Part shown: in pieces, positions 9,240-18,789 of the stretch
How the letters are laid out: the number at the start of each line of letters is the position of its first letter
How positions within the stretch are numbered: position 1 is the first letter of the stretch
From: Candidatus Binatia bacterium
GTDB lineage: Bacteria; Desulfobacterota; Binatia; HRBIN30
NCBI GenBank assembly: GCA_026004215.1
Contig: BPIR01000003.1
Location: forward strand, 250,879 to 314,878
Reading direction: 5' to 3'
DNA: 64,000 bases
Made by a program: the position numbers and the translations under genes
Notes under the pieces: generated by a model
Databases searched by the model: none
What the model was told of the DNA's origin: nothing
Seen by the model: the letters and a program-made list of their open reading frames with translations, nothing else

Positions 9240-10319
9240 TTACTGGCATGAGTAACTGCTCAGTATGAAACCAGTTGCGGGCGCGCCCGCGAGAATCCAC
9301 TCTTTCAGGAGTCGAATTTCCCCGGCGGTCAACCGCGGCCGGGCCCGATCCGCAGCGGGATTGTGAAACGGCATGCGAAAGCCGTAGGCGCCAGAGCCAA
9401 ACGTCGGGCTATTGAGGCGCGCTCCGCCGAGGACCTTGAGATACAGTAGGCTGCCGTCGGGATCACCCGGTTTGACCCGCAAGAGCCCGTCACTATTGGC
9501 CGCGAAGTTGTGCGGGGCGGCGTTGACGAGGTCCGAATAGGCTGACCTCCCGCCCCCACACGAGGGTTTGAGGCACAGGTCGTGAGAGGGCTCGATCGAG
9601 CCGTGGCAGCCAGCCAAATTCGAGCACTTGCGATCGAAAATGTGCTGCTGGATTTGGTCGAAGGTGCTGGTGATCCCGGTGCAGGGACTCACTGGCTGGT
9701 TGGTCATTGGATCTATGGGCGGAAGGCAGGTGAGCTTGAAGGTGTCTTTGTCCGCTGCAACTCCGGCAGGGCACTTGCCGCCGCTCAACAGGGCGACGGT
9801 ACAAAGGGTGGTCTGCAGCTTGAGAGTGAACGGAGACCACTTCGGGCCCGCTGCAGTTTGCCGCACCGGCAACACCACGCGCACTGTCGTTGGGCCCGAC
9901 CAGCGGTCGGTATCCGCGGGCCCGAGCGGTAGCTGCCCATCGGCAAAGAGTTGCAGCGGTTCGAAGTCCGGCACGTGCTTCGGGTGATCGTCGAAACTCG
10001 GCCCGGTGTAAGGAATCGCAAAGCTGCCGCTGGGGAAGCTCGAGGGAGCACACCCGCTAAAGCTCGTGGTATTCAGACCGATCTGTACTTGGTAACCACA
10101 TTGCCCGAGCGTTGTGTCGCCGTCCCCACAAGCAGCGTCTTGATCGCGGCAACGCACTGCCTTGGGACGCGACGCGGGACTGTTCGGCGGCGGCACCGAC
10201 TGAAACGCGACCCAACAGTCCGTCGTGCTCGGGCCGCCGCCGGGTACTTGCGCCGAGGCACTGGCGCCGGCAAGCCAGCACGGCACGGCGAAGAGACACC
10301 ACAACGCAACGCTGCGCAT
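9240..10319 (-). CDS. secreted Cys-rich protein with C-terminal PSCyt-like (planctomycete cytochrome-c-like) domain lacking CxxCH
   Basis: Signal peptide MRSVALWCLFAVPCWLAGASASAQ. C-terminal IFDRKCSNLAGCHG...LLRVKPGDPDGSLLYLKVLGG...MPF...LTAGEIRLLKEWILAGAP resembles the N-domain of 1929..3917. Confidence 0.6.
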   Translation of the reverse strand: MRSVALWCLFAVPCWLAGASASAQVPGGGPSTTDCWVAFQSVPPPNSPASRPKAVRCRDQDAACGDGDTTLGQCGYQVQIGLNTTSFSGCAPSSFPSGSFAIPYTGPSFDDHPKHVPDFEPLQLFADGQLPLGPADTDRWSGPTTVRVVLPVRQTAAGPKWSPFTLKLQTTLCTVALLSGGKCPAGVAADKDTFKLTCLPPIDPMTNQPVSPCTGITSTFDQIQQHIFDRKCSNLAGCHGSIEPSHDLCLKPSCGGGRSAYSDLVNAAPHNFAANSDGLLRVKPGDPDGSLLYLKVLGGARLNSPTFGSGAYGFRMPFHNPAADRARPRLTAGEIRLLKEWILAGAPATGFILSSYSCQ

Positions 10320-10327
10320 GCCTCACC

Positions 10328-11797
10328 TCACGGTAGGAAAAGGGGCTGGCCGTTTCCGGGATGAACGAAATCGAAGTTCGGCAGCGTCCAGTAAAAGTTC
10401 GGATCGCCCACGTCCGGCGTCAGTAGAGAACTCAGAATTTCCGTCTGGGGGATCTGTAGCCAGTGTTTGAGGATCGCGCCGTATACATCCCGAAAGTCTG
10501 TGGAGCGGTGGGGATCCGAGTTGTCTTGGGAGTATTTGGTGTTGCCGTCGTCCCAAGTGGCTCCCGGATTCAGCACGCGACTGTCGGAGATGTTCGGATG
10601 GTTGCCATACACGCCGCCGTTGACTTTGCCGCCAATCAAAAAAACGGGGCCTTGCGAACCATGATCGGTCCCGTTGTCGTTTTGCTGCGGGCGGCGCGAA
10701 AATTCGCTCCACACCATGACCAGCACCTTGTCTGCAACCCCCATGTCGTCGAGGTCGTGGTAAAACGCCTCCAGTGCATCGCCAACCTCGCGGTGAAGTT
10801 CGTAGTGCGCTTGATTGGTTCCCACGGTGCCTTGATTTGCATGCGTGTCGTAGCCGCCGTTGGCAAGCGCGAAGTGGCGGGCACCGACGTCCGGAACGCC
10901 TTGATGTACCCCGTAAATGACTTTCGCGATTTCCCGCAAGCGGCGAGCCGTCCCGCTGTCGAGATCGTTGTATTGCTGGAGCCATGAGGCACGGTCCGCC
11001 GCATACAAGTCATCGAGCCCCGGGTACGCTTGGGTGGCCGTCAATGTGGCCTGGCCGCTGTTACCCAGAAAGCGCAACAGAGGTTGCGACGAGGCCTGCG
11101 CTTCGCCGTAGACGGCTTGAAAGGCCACCTTTTTCGCTGGGTCGTCATCCGGGTACCAATTGTCCAGTGGGAATTCGAGTTCGGAGAGCCGAATGGAGGT
11201 GAGAACACTGGTTGTCTGTTGCCGGAGCTCGCCCGCCATCCAATATCCGACCGACAAGGCAGGAATATCCGAAGCCCCGTACCGCGAGGCCAGGTATCGC
11301 CCGAGCCAGCCCGGACCCATGGCAGCCCGCGAGGCCGTTTCCCAGATCGTTCGCGAAACCGCGTGGGACAGGTTGTACTCCGGATACCCGCAGCCCTGAA
11401 CCACCGCGACCTTCCCGAGCTGATACAGCCGATGCAGGCCTTCCAGCCCGGGATGCAGGGCGAGTGGTGTGTTCGTGTTGGGGTCGGCGGCGACTGCATA
11501 CGGTGTCAACAGGGTTTCGCTCAGCCGCAACCCCCCTGGCCCACTCCGGCGCAGAATCTCGTAACTGGTGCGGAAGTTCGCGAAGCTGCCGTTGGCCACG
11601 GGTACCACGGTATTCAAGCCATCGTTGCCACCGTCGAGAAAAATCGAGACCAGGAAGCGGTCGCCAATATCCGCAAAGGCCTTGCGCACGAGGGCTCGAC
11701 TCCACAACCCGTTGGCCATGAGCCCACCGGCCACGAGGCCGCTGCGGATCAGAAAATCACGGCGAGAGAGAGACATAGCGGCCATCCTCCATTTCAA
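10328..11797 (-). CDS. DUF1501 family protein (Tat-exported)
   Basis: SRRDFLIRSG Tat motif, FLDGGNDGLNTVVPV, NLSHAVSRTIWET, NDNGTDHGSQGPVFLIGG. ATGA overlap with the upstream DUF1800 gene. Confidence 0.85.
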   Translation of the reverse strand: MKWRMAAMSLSRRDFLIRSGLVAGGLMANGLWSRALVRKAFADIGDRFLVSIFLDGGNDGLNTVVPVANGSFANFRTSYEILRRSGPGGLRLSETLLTPYAVAADPNTNTPLALHPGLEGLHRLYQLGKVAVVQGCGYPEYNLSHAVSRTIWETASRAAMGPGWLGRYLASRYGASDIPALSVGYWMAGELRQQTTSVLTSIRLSELEFPLDNWYPDDDPAKKVAFQAVYGEAQASSQPLLRFLGNSGQATLTATQAYPGLDDLYAADRASWLQQYNDLDSGTARRLREIAKVIYGVHQGVPDVGARHFALANGGYDTHANQGTVGTNQAHYELHREVGDALEAFYHDLDDMGVADKVLVMVWSEFSRRPQQNDNGTDHGSQGPVFLIGGKVNGGVYGNHPNISDSRVLNPGATWDDGNTKYSQDNSDPHRSTDFRDVYGAILKHWLQIPQTEILSSLLTPDVGDPNFYWTLPNFDFVHPGNGQPLFLP

Positions 11798-13275
11798 TGC
11801 AAGTGGACGTGCGGCGTTTGCAGGGCCAAAGCGAACAGCCCATGCAGCTTCTTTTCCCGCACACCGGGGTCGTTGAGGTCCAGCGGTCCGCCGAGGTAAT
11901 TCATCAACGCCTGCCGTTCCGCCGCCGTCAGTTGTTGGCGGATCCCCAGAGCCTCGGTCACCGCATCCACGATGTCTCCCGGGTCCGTCAGATTCAGGTT
12001 CATGAGCAAGTGCGGCCGCAGGTGCTGTGCCTTGTTACCCCGGGCCATAGCGACGTCACGCGCAAACGTGTAACGGGCGAGCAAGGTGGCACTGTTGATC
12101 CAGCCCTCTTCCCAGTCCCACCCGAAAACGCTCGGCGGTTCGAAAAGAATCTGACCCATGTCCGCCAGATAGTCCGTTACGTTTCCGTACGCCCCACCCT
12201 CGATGTACCAGTTGCCCCATTTGTCGCTGCGCGGCCGGACGCGTAGCAGCCGCAGGGTCGTCACCACGAAGTCCACGGGCCAAACTACGGATTTTGGCGT
12301 GCTCGCGGAATACGGTGGCACACCGGCTGTTTCGTAAAAGAAATCGTCCACCAAAATCTCGCGCACCAAACGGCGCAAATCCCACTCGATGTCGAAGGCG
12401 GAGCGCTGAATGATCCGGTCGATGATCGTCGCGTTGTCCGGATACGGTGGCAGCGGGTGCGCGAAATATTCCAGAAGTTTTTTCGTGATGAAGCGAGCGA
12501 CGGTGGATTTTCCGTCGCTGTCGCGGTGCTCGAAAATGATGTCCACGACCTGAGAGATCTCTTGCGGTCCTTCGCCATTGGGTTGCGTGAAGTCCCGCCC
12601 ACTCGAGCCAAACCCTCCGTGATTCCGGAAAATGACCTTGGGGCCGCGCTCCGAGCCGTACTCGCTCATGTAGTCATGGGCCCAATCGTTGAAGCGAACG
12701 CGGTTGCGGCTCCAGTCCCAACCCCATCCGGAAAACGCGCGCGCGATTTGCACGATGTCTTGCTGTTCGTAGTTGGGTTGACCGGCCAGGTCCGTTACCC
12801 CGAGAGTGAAAAGCTCCATGAGCTCGCGGGCGTAGTTCTCGTTGGGCTGCTCTTTGAAGTTTCGAAAGGTATCCAGGTACTCCATCATCGCCGGATCCAC
12901 GTTGATCGCTTTAACGAAGGTTTTGAAGTTGCCCTTGCAGTAAAGCCGCAGGAGCCGGTTCTGGTCGGCCATCCAGTGATGGTTTTGTACCTTGTCGTTG
13001 CCGGTGGCGAAATGGTCGTGCCAAAAGAGCACGAGTTTTTCCTGTAACGGGGCGCGCGTGCGCAGCATGTACTTGAGCCACGACACCCGGCGGCGCCAGA
13101 TGTCACGCCCGGGCGGTCGAAATTTCGCCGGCTTGAAACTCGTCAACCGGTCCGCCGCCGCCCCCCGGGTGAGAGATGCGAACGTTTGCACGTCCGTTTT
13201 GAGTGCTCCGAATCCGGTGCGCCGTAAAAGGTGGCGCGCATGTGTTTCCCCGAGAAGGGTATTTTGGTCTCCCAT
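11794..13275 (-). CDS. DUF1800 family protein
   Basis: HARHLLRRTGFG, FWHDHFATGN, NENYARELMELFTLGV. Its stop overlaps the DUF1501 start (11794-11797). Confidence 0.85.
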   Translation of the reverse strand: MGDQNTLLGETHARHLLRRTGFGALKTDVQTFASLTRGAAADRLTSFKPAKFRPPGRDIWRRRVSWLKYMLRTRAPLQEKLVLFWHDHFATGNDKVQNHHWMADQNRLLRLYCKGNFKTFVKAINVDPAMMEYLDTFRNFKEQPNENYARELMELFTLGVTDLAGQPNYEQQDIVQIARAFSGWGWDWSRNRVRFNDWAHDYMSEYGSERGPKVIFRNHGGFGSSGRDFTQPNGEGPQEISQVVDIIFEHRDSDGKSTVARFITKKLLEYFAHPLPPYPDNATIIDRIIQRSAFDIEWDLRRLVREILVDDFFYETAGVPPYSASTPKSVVWPVDFVVTTLRLLRVRPRSDKWGNWYIEGGAYGNVTDYLADMGQILFEPPSVFGWDWEEGWINSATLLARYTFARDVAMARGNKAQHLRPHLLMNLNLTDPGDIVDAVTEALGIRQQLTAAERQALMNYLGGPLDLNDPGVREKKLHGLFALALQTPHVHLH

Positions 13276-13453
13276 GTGCTCCCTCTACCAGAACCGCGCG
13301 GGTTATCTTGAAGCGAAGATCGCGCCAGAGCATCCGACGGCGGCCAGCCGATGTCAATGTAGAACTGCTCGCCCTCGCCTGTGACGGCGATAGTTAATGT
13401 GTTGACGCTGTGTGGCAATTTACGGCAACCGAGGCGAGCCAGCTCGCTCGAAC

Positions 13454-14614
13454 TTAAAGGCCGCGCAACAACTCGCTCAGGACCGTGCTCGCTGCAAACC
13501 ACTCCGACGCAATACGCTTCGCTGCCGCGCGGTGCCGGTCGGAATCGGCGAGCACTTTCTCGATGGCCGCACTCGCTTCTTCTACGGTAGCGACGGCAAA
13601 CAGCCCCTCACCGGTGGGCAGGATGGACTCGAACCCGGTGGCTTGCGTGATCACGGGGCGCCCAGCGGCCAGGTAGCAAGCGCTGCGATCGGAAAACCAG
13701 CCCGTTCGCAGCCGCACGTTAAGGTCCTTGGCCGTGGTGAACTCGCCGGCGGAGGCGGCGATGAAGTCGCGGTACGCGTGCGGATTGGCGGAAACTTGGA
13801 GAGGATCCACGATCTCCCAGCCCAGGCTGCGGAGCAGCGTTAGGTCCGGGGATTCTTTCTCCACGTCCATCGCAAGGACAAAGCCAGCGGCCACTCGCTG
13901 GGGAAGGTCCAAAAACCGCTGCCACTCTTGCCGTTTGCTCCAGCCGTAACGTTGGCCCTGGAAAACGATGTCACGGCGGCTTTCGTGCCAGCGCCCGATC
14001 GTGGTGAACGGGGCCCCTGGGGCTGGGGGGGCAGTTTCCCAAAGCCGTGTGACGATGGGTTGGCGTGTCGGGCGCCACTGGAAGCCACCGCTTGGAACCG
14101 GGCAGCGCGTTGACCCGATGTGCTCCCCAATGGTGAAGTAGCAATCGTGCTCCTCTAGGAAGGCTCGCAGGTCTGGGTCTCCTGCGGCGCAGCGAATTTG
14201 CGTGTAGCCGGGGTCGAGGTCCACGAATACGCGGGTCGCTCTCCCTAAACGAGGTAGGCGGGTGACCGGAGCTAGAGTGATGTGCAAGCGAGCGCATGCA
14301 ACCGCTTCGGAGAAGTCCCGCCAGGGCAAGCCGAATCGCCTGTCGCTGCATGCCTCCCAAAAGTGCCAGCGCTGGTCGAGCCCGTGTTCCGCGAAAAACT
14401 GCGACAGCGTTTGCACCCCTGCATCGCACGGTGCCGGCATGGTTCGGGTGACGGGATCGAAACAGTCGGGATACAAAGCCGTGTCTTCATAAAAGTACAC
14501 TTCGAATCCCAGCTCCTCGAAGCCCAAGAGATAATGGAGAACTTGCCAAGCGTAGCCGCCGAGCGGGCAGCGCGCGAAGTAGCCAGCAATGACGGCGATG
14601 TCTCGTTCGGCCAT
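13454..14614 (-). CDS. glycosyltransferase-like protein (GT-B C-terminal half, CgeB/Glyco_trans_1_2-like), paralog 1 of 3
   Basis: Full-length similarity to the two upstream genes (e.g. GWFSDRSACYLAAGRPVITQATGF...GEGLFAV). The C-terminal pattern resembles the GT1-type nucleotide-sugar half. Family assignment is from memory only. Confidence 0.55.
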   Translation of the reverse strand: MAERDIAVIAGYFARCPLGGYAWQVLHYLLGFEELGFEVYFYEDTALYPDCFDPVTRTMPAPCDAGVQTLSQFFAEHGLDQRWHFWEACSDRRFGLPWRDFSEAVACARLHITLAPVTRLPRLGRATRVFVDLDPGYTQIRCAAGDPDLRAFLEEHDCYFTIGEHIGSTRCPVPSGGFQWRPTRQPIVTRLWETAPPAPGAPFTTIGRWHESRRDIVFQGQRYGWSKRQEWQRFLDLPQRVAAGFVLAMDVEKESPDLTLLRSLGWEIVDPLQVSANPHAYRDFIAASAGEFTTAKDLNVRLRTGWFSDRSACYLAAGRPVITQATGFESILPTGEGLFAVATVEEASAAIEKVLADSDRHRAAAKRIASEWFAASTVLSELLRGL

Positions 14615-14644
14615 GGGCGATTCGGATCCACCTCTACGTCGGTG

Positions 14645-15832
14645 CTAAACGCCTGCTCCTTCTAGGAGTCGCGCCAGTACACGGTCGGAGTCGAAATATT
14701 CCCGAGCGAGTTCCCGAGCCGCACGTGAGTGACGCGCGTAGTCACGCTCGACCGCAGCGAGGGCCGCGCACGCTTGGTCCTGTGTTTCGAAGGCGAGCAG
14801 ACCGATCCCGCAGGGCAGCACCCCGCTGAAGCCGGTGTCCTGCACAACAGCCGGTCGCCCCGCGGCCAGGTAACACGCACTGCGATCGCTAAACCAGCCG
14901 GTGCGCCCGACGCGGTACCCATTTTTCACGACGGTGAACTCGCCACGCGATCTATGGATGTAGCGGCGGTAGGCTTCTGGGGAGCCAGCATGCACTCGCG
15001 GATCTGCAATGAGCCAGCCCGCTGCGCGCAGCCGAGCGAGGTCCGGTTCCTCCGGGTGAATGGCGAGGCAGAGTTCGAGCTCCACGGGTGCGAAGCGGGG
15101 CAAGTCGAGAATGCGAAGGAACTCTTCGCTCTTTTGTCCGTACCAGACTCCTTGCCACTCGACAGGGCTGTAGCCCCGCCAGTCTGCCACCGTGGTGTAG
15201 TGCCGCCCCGGAATCTCGCTGGTCTCCCAGTGATCCAGAACGACCGGTGGTGTCGTGGGATGCCACGACACGCCGCATGTCGGGGCTTTGCATTGCGGGG
15301 AGCCGAAACACAGTCCGACCGTGAAGTGCACGTCGTGATTGCGCAAATTCATGTCCACGCCGTACCGCTCTTGCCAGATTTGGGTGAAGGCCGGATCGAG
15401 GTCGACGTAGATCCGCCGGCGAGGACCGAAAAGGATTTCTTCGCGGTGCATTCGTCCCGACAAGTTCACGATGGCGTCAGCCGTGCGAGCAATGTTCACC
15501 GCTCGCGCAAAGGGAAGCCCAATGCCGCAGTGAGGGTCAGCGCTCGACCACAGCCCGGCGTGACGCTCCAGCCCGAATTCCGTCATCACCTGCCGGAAGT
15601 AGGCCGCATTGTACGAGGTCTCGAACGGGGCCGGATTCCACGTCTCGTCGAAGCAGCGTTCCGGCGCAAGCTCTTCGAAGTAGAAGACCTCGAACCCCAG
15701 ACGCTGCAAACCCAGAACATACTGGAGGAATGCCCACGTGTTCCCTCCGCCACCGATCGGATGGGCCGCAATGGCTCCAGCAACCAGGATGCGGCCAGAT
15801 CGGTTACGAGGGTACGAAAGTCGCCGGGGCAT
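14645..15832 (-). CDS. glycosyltransferase-like protein, paralog 2 of 3
   Basis: Start moved to ATG 15832 (MPRRLSYPRNRSGRILVAGAIAAHPIGGGG). The longer track ORF 14645..16093 would overlap the upstream gene and its extension is Arg/Pro-rich nonsense. Conserved block TGWFSDRSACYLAAGRPAVVQDTGF. Confidence 0.55.
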   Translation of the reverse strand: MPRRLSYPRNRSGRILVAGAIAAHPIGGGGNTWAFLQYVLGLQRLGFEVFYFEELAPERCFDETWNPAPFETSYNAAYFRQVMTEFGLERHAGLWSSADPHCGIGLPFARAVNIARTADAIVNLSGRMHREEILFGPRRRIYVDLDPAFTQIWQERYGVDMNLRNHDVHFTVGLCFGSPQCKAPTCGVSWHPTTPPVVLDHWETSEIPGRHYTTVADWRGYSPVEWQGVWYGQKSEEFLRILDLPRFAPVELELCLAIHPEEPDLARLRAAGWLIADPRVHAGSPEAYRRYIHRSRGEFTVVKNGYRVGRTGWFSDRSACYLAAGRPAVVQDTGFSGVLPCGIGLLAFETQDQACAALAAVERDYARHSRAARELAREYFDSDRVLARLLEGAGV

Positions 15833-15837
15833 CGTGT

Positions 15838-17010
15838 TCACGCCAAACCGCAGTCGGCCAGAAGCCGAGCGAGGACTCGTTCGGCGGCAAAAAAATTCTC
15901 GGCTATGGCGCGGGCGGCTTCGCAATGGTGCTTGTAGTTCGCTTCGATTCGATCCAGGGCCGCGAGAGCGCCTTCGAGGTCGCTGAACGCCAACAAGCCC
16001 TCGCCCACCGGCACGGAGCGGGAATAGCCGGTATCCTGTAACACGACGGGCTTTCCGGAAGCCAGATAACTCGCACTGCGGGTGGCGAACCAACCGCTAC
16101 GCGTGGCCACGTAAGCATTTTTGGCGATGCTCCACTCGCCGCGGGAGTGCTGCAAAAACCGCTGGTACGCGCGCGGAGTGCGCGAGCAACGATACCCGTC
16201 CAAAACCTCCCATCCGTGCGCCCGGAGTTGCTCTCGGGGCGCTGCCCCGGATAGGGCGAGCCGCAGCCGTACACGTGCATGGCGCGGGAGGTCGAGAAAT
16301 TTGAGGAACTCGACATCCTTCTCCCCGTAAGCGACGCCGGCGATGCGCGGTGGTTGGAGATCCGTTTTCCACGACATGACCGTAGTGTACCACCGCGCTC
16401 GCGGCCTGAAGACGAACGGCCAATCTTGCAAGCAAATCGGTTGGCGGGTGGGTTTCCAATCGAGGCCGCAAGCGGGCAAGCGGCAATCCGGCGCACCCAT
16501 GTTTTCGGCGAGCGTGAAAAAGTGCGTGTGCTTTCGGACCAAGGCAACGGAAAACGACTGGTCTTCTGTGGCCGTTCCCTGTTCCGCTGCCCACAGCTTG
16601 GCGTGGGTGTAGCCCGGGTCCGAGTCGAGATACGCAACGACACGCGCACCTCGGTAGCTTTCACGCAACCAACAGGCTCCCGAAACGTTTAGGAACAAAT
16701 CCGACCGGTCGCAGAACGCTCGCACCTTGCGTTCCTCCCAGCCGTGGAACTGGCCATCGGCGGCACGCACAGCCCACTGCTGCGCGGCCCGCTTCGTTTT
16801 GAGCTGAAGCGCTCGGCGGAGGTAGCGGATGCCGAACGAAGGGTCGGGGGTAAAGGTGGCGGCGCGAGGGTCGTAAAACCACTGGCCCGTATCTTCTAAG
16901 TACAGGACGTCCCAGCCGAGGGTTTCGAATCCGCGTACGTAGGCCAAATAGTCCCAGGCCACTCCGCCGAGAGGATACGTTGCCACTAAACCGGTGACCA
17001 CCACTTTCAT
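15838..17010 (-). CDS. glycosyltransferase-like protein, paralog 3 of 3
   Basis: MKVVVTGLVATYPLGGVAWDYLAYVRGFETLGWDVLYLED...SGWFATRSASYLASGKPVVLQDTGY. 4-nt overlap with the upstream ABC gene. Confidence 0.55.
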   Translation of the reverse strand: MKVVVTGLVATYPLGGVAWDYLAYVRGFETLGWDVLYLEDTGQWFYDPRAATFTPDPSFGIRYLRRALQLKTKRAAQQWAVRAADGQFHGWEERKVRAFCDRSDLFLNVSGACWLRESYRGARVVAYLDSDPGYTHAKLWAAEQGTATEDQSFSVALVRKHTHFFTLAENMGAPDCRLPACGLDWKPTRQPICLQDWPFVFRPRARWYTTVMSWKTDLQPPRIAGVAYGEKDVEFLKFLDLPRHARVRLRLALSGAAPREQLRAHGWEVLDGYRCSRTPRAYQRFLQHSRGEWSIAKNAYVATRSGWFATRSASYLASGKPVVLQDTGYSRSVPVGEGLLAFSDLEGALAALDRIEANYKHHCEAARAIAENFFAAERVLARLLADCGLA

Positions 17011-18788
17011 GGTGCAACCTTCGCGGGCGGTTGGTCGAGGCCGTGTGCGTACAGGCGATAAAAATGCCCGCGCAGCGCGAGCAATTGTTCGAATGTACCG
17101 CGCTCCACGATGCGACCGCGTTGGAGCACCAAGATTTGCTGGGCACGGCGTACGGTGGACAAACGGTGCGCGATCACCAGTGTAGTTTTGTTCCGACTAA
17201 CGGCTGCCAGCGCCTCCACGATCGCTGCTTCGGTTGCCAGGTCCACCGAGGATGTCGGCTCGTCGAGGACGAGAATGGGCGAGTCGCGCAAAAGCGCCCG
17301 CGCGATGGTGAGCCGCTGTCGCTCTCCTTCCGAAAGCGTGGCCCCTTGGCTCCCGAGGACCGTGTCGTACCCTTGCGGAAGGCGCTGGATGAAGTCATGC
17401 GCTTGCGCGAGGCGCGCGGCCCGCTCGATTTCTTCGCGCGTGGCGTCGGGCTTCCCGTACGCGATGTTTTCCCACACGGAGAGCGGGAAGATCATCGGCG
17501 GTTGCAAAACCATCGTGATCGCCTCGCGAAGAGAGCGCAAGCGAAGCTCGCGGATGTCGTAGCCATCGATCGTAACGCGGCCGCTGTCGGGATCGTAAAA
17601 GCGGGCCAGCAAGCTTACCAACGTGCTCTTGCCGGCGCCGGTGGGGCCGACCAGAGCGATCATTTCACCGGGCTTGGCCTCGAAATCAATGTCCACGAGG
17701 GTGGGCTGGCCGGGCTCGTAGGAAAAATGGACGTGCTCGAAGCGAATCCGTCCCGCAGGCGGTTTCGGAAAATCGCGATGGCCGTCCTGAATTTGCGGAG
17801 CCGTGGCGAACAGCTCCAGCACACGCCACAAGCCTGCGCGCGCGCCTTGCACGGCCCCGTAGGTGGAAAAGATTGCTTGCAGTGGGGAGTACAACGAAGC
17901 GAGGTAACTGAGAAACACCACCAAATCGCCCGCCGTCAGCGTTCCCGCCCACACGCGGTAGGTGCCGAACCACAGAACCGCGGCGCTGCCGGCCGCCAGC
18001 ACAGCGCCGGTGGATGCACCCAGTGCGGTCTGCCAGAGATACAAGCGCAAGTGCGCGCGCAAGCTGGCGGCACTGTGACGAGTGAAGGCTGCATGTTCTT
18101 CGTTTTCTTTACTGAATGCCTGCACCACCTTCATGGCTGCCATCGTGCGTTGCACGTGGTCGTATACGCGGCTTTCCCGCTCGCGTGCCTCGCGTGCAGT
18201 CGAAGTGAGCTTGCGCTCCAGGAGTATCAAAATGGCGATCAAGGCAGGGCAAACGGCCAGCGCCAGGACGGTCAAGAAGCCATCCATCTGGAACAACACG
18301 AAAAACATGCCGGCGAGCAGGCACAAGGAGGCGAGAATGGGAAACACGCCGTTCATCGCCAAGGTTTGGATGGCGTACGTGTCGCTGGTCACCCGGTAGA
18401 TCAAATCGCCGACTGAGGCGCGGGTGTGAAAGGAGAGCGATAGCCGCTGCAGGTGCTGATACAGGCGGCTGCGCAAGTCCGCCACCAAGTTCTGGCCAAT
18501 TGCGATGGTGGTGTAGTTGTTCCACACCTGCAGGAAACCCAGGCAAACGTAAATTCCAAGAAGGCCCAAGGCGGCAAGCGCGAGCAATGGACCACCTCGC
18601 GCCCAGGAGGCCGGCACCCAGGGCAGGGGCCGGCCCGGAAGCACGTAATCAATTGCGATTTTCAAGGGCCAAGGCTTGGCGAGCTCGAGCGCACTGATGA
18701 GACCCACTTGCGCGAGCCCGAGTAAAAACCTGCCCTTGTAGGGGGCGAGTGCAGAAAGCACGAAGGGTACGACACGCGGCCGGGACAC
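17007..18788 (-). CDS. ABC exporter, fused permease/ATPase (MsbA-type)
   Basis: N-terminal 6-TM-type region. Walker A GPTGAGKST, signature LSEGERQR, Walker B ILVLDEPTS. Confidence 0.85.
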   Translation of the reverse strand: MSRPRVVPFVLSALAPYKGRFLLGLAQVGLISALELAKPWPLKIAIDYVLPGRPLPWVPASWARGGPLLALAALGLLGIYVCLGFLQVWNNYTTIAIGQNLVADLRSRLYQHLQRLSLSFHTRASVGDLIYRVTSDTYAIQTLAMNGVFPILASLCLLAGMFFVLFQMDGFLTVLALAVCPALIAILILLERKLTSTAREARERESRVYDHVQRTMAAMKVVQAFSKENEEHAAFTRHSAASLRAHLRLYLWQTALGASTGAVLAAGSAAVLWFGTYRVWAGTLTAGDLVVFLSYLASLYSPLQAIFSTYGAVQGARAGLWRVLELFATAPQIQDGHRDFPKPPAGRIRFEHVHFSYEPGQPTLVDIDFEAKPGEMIALVGPTGAGKSTLVSLLARFYDPDSGRVTIDGYDIRELRLRSLREAITMVLQPPMIFPLSVWENIAYGKPDATREEIERAARLAQAHDFIQRLPQGYDTVLGSQGATLSEGERQRLTIARALLRDSPILVLDEPTSSVDLATEAAIVEALAAVSRNKTTLVIAHRLSTVRRAQQILVLQRGRIVERGTFEQLLALRGHFYRLYAHGLDQPPAKVAP

Positions 18789-18789
18789 T

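Noticed and set aside
14645-16093. Long N-terminal extensions of track ORFs. Affected ORFs: 14645..16093, 21508..22470, 26439..29804, 40965..42059, 47122..48195, 48476..51121, 51153..52799, 53974..54819, 54222..55445, 55470..56792, 58441..60195 and 59511..60602
   Set aside because: The extensions overlap upstream genes or are Arg/Pro-rich nonsense. Internal ATG/GTG starts with SD sequences and family-typical N-termini were preferred.
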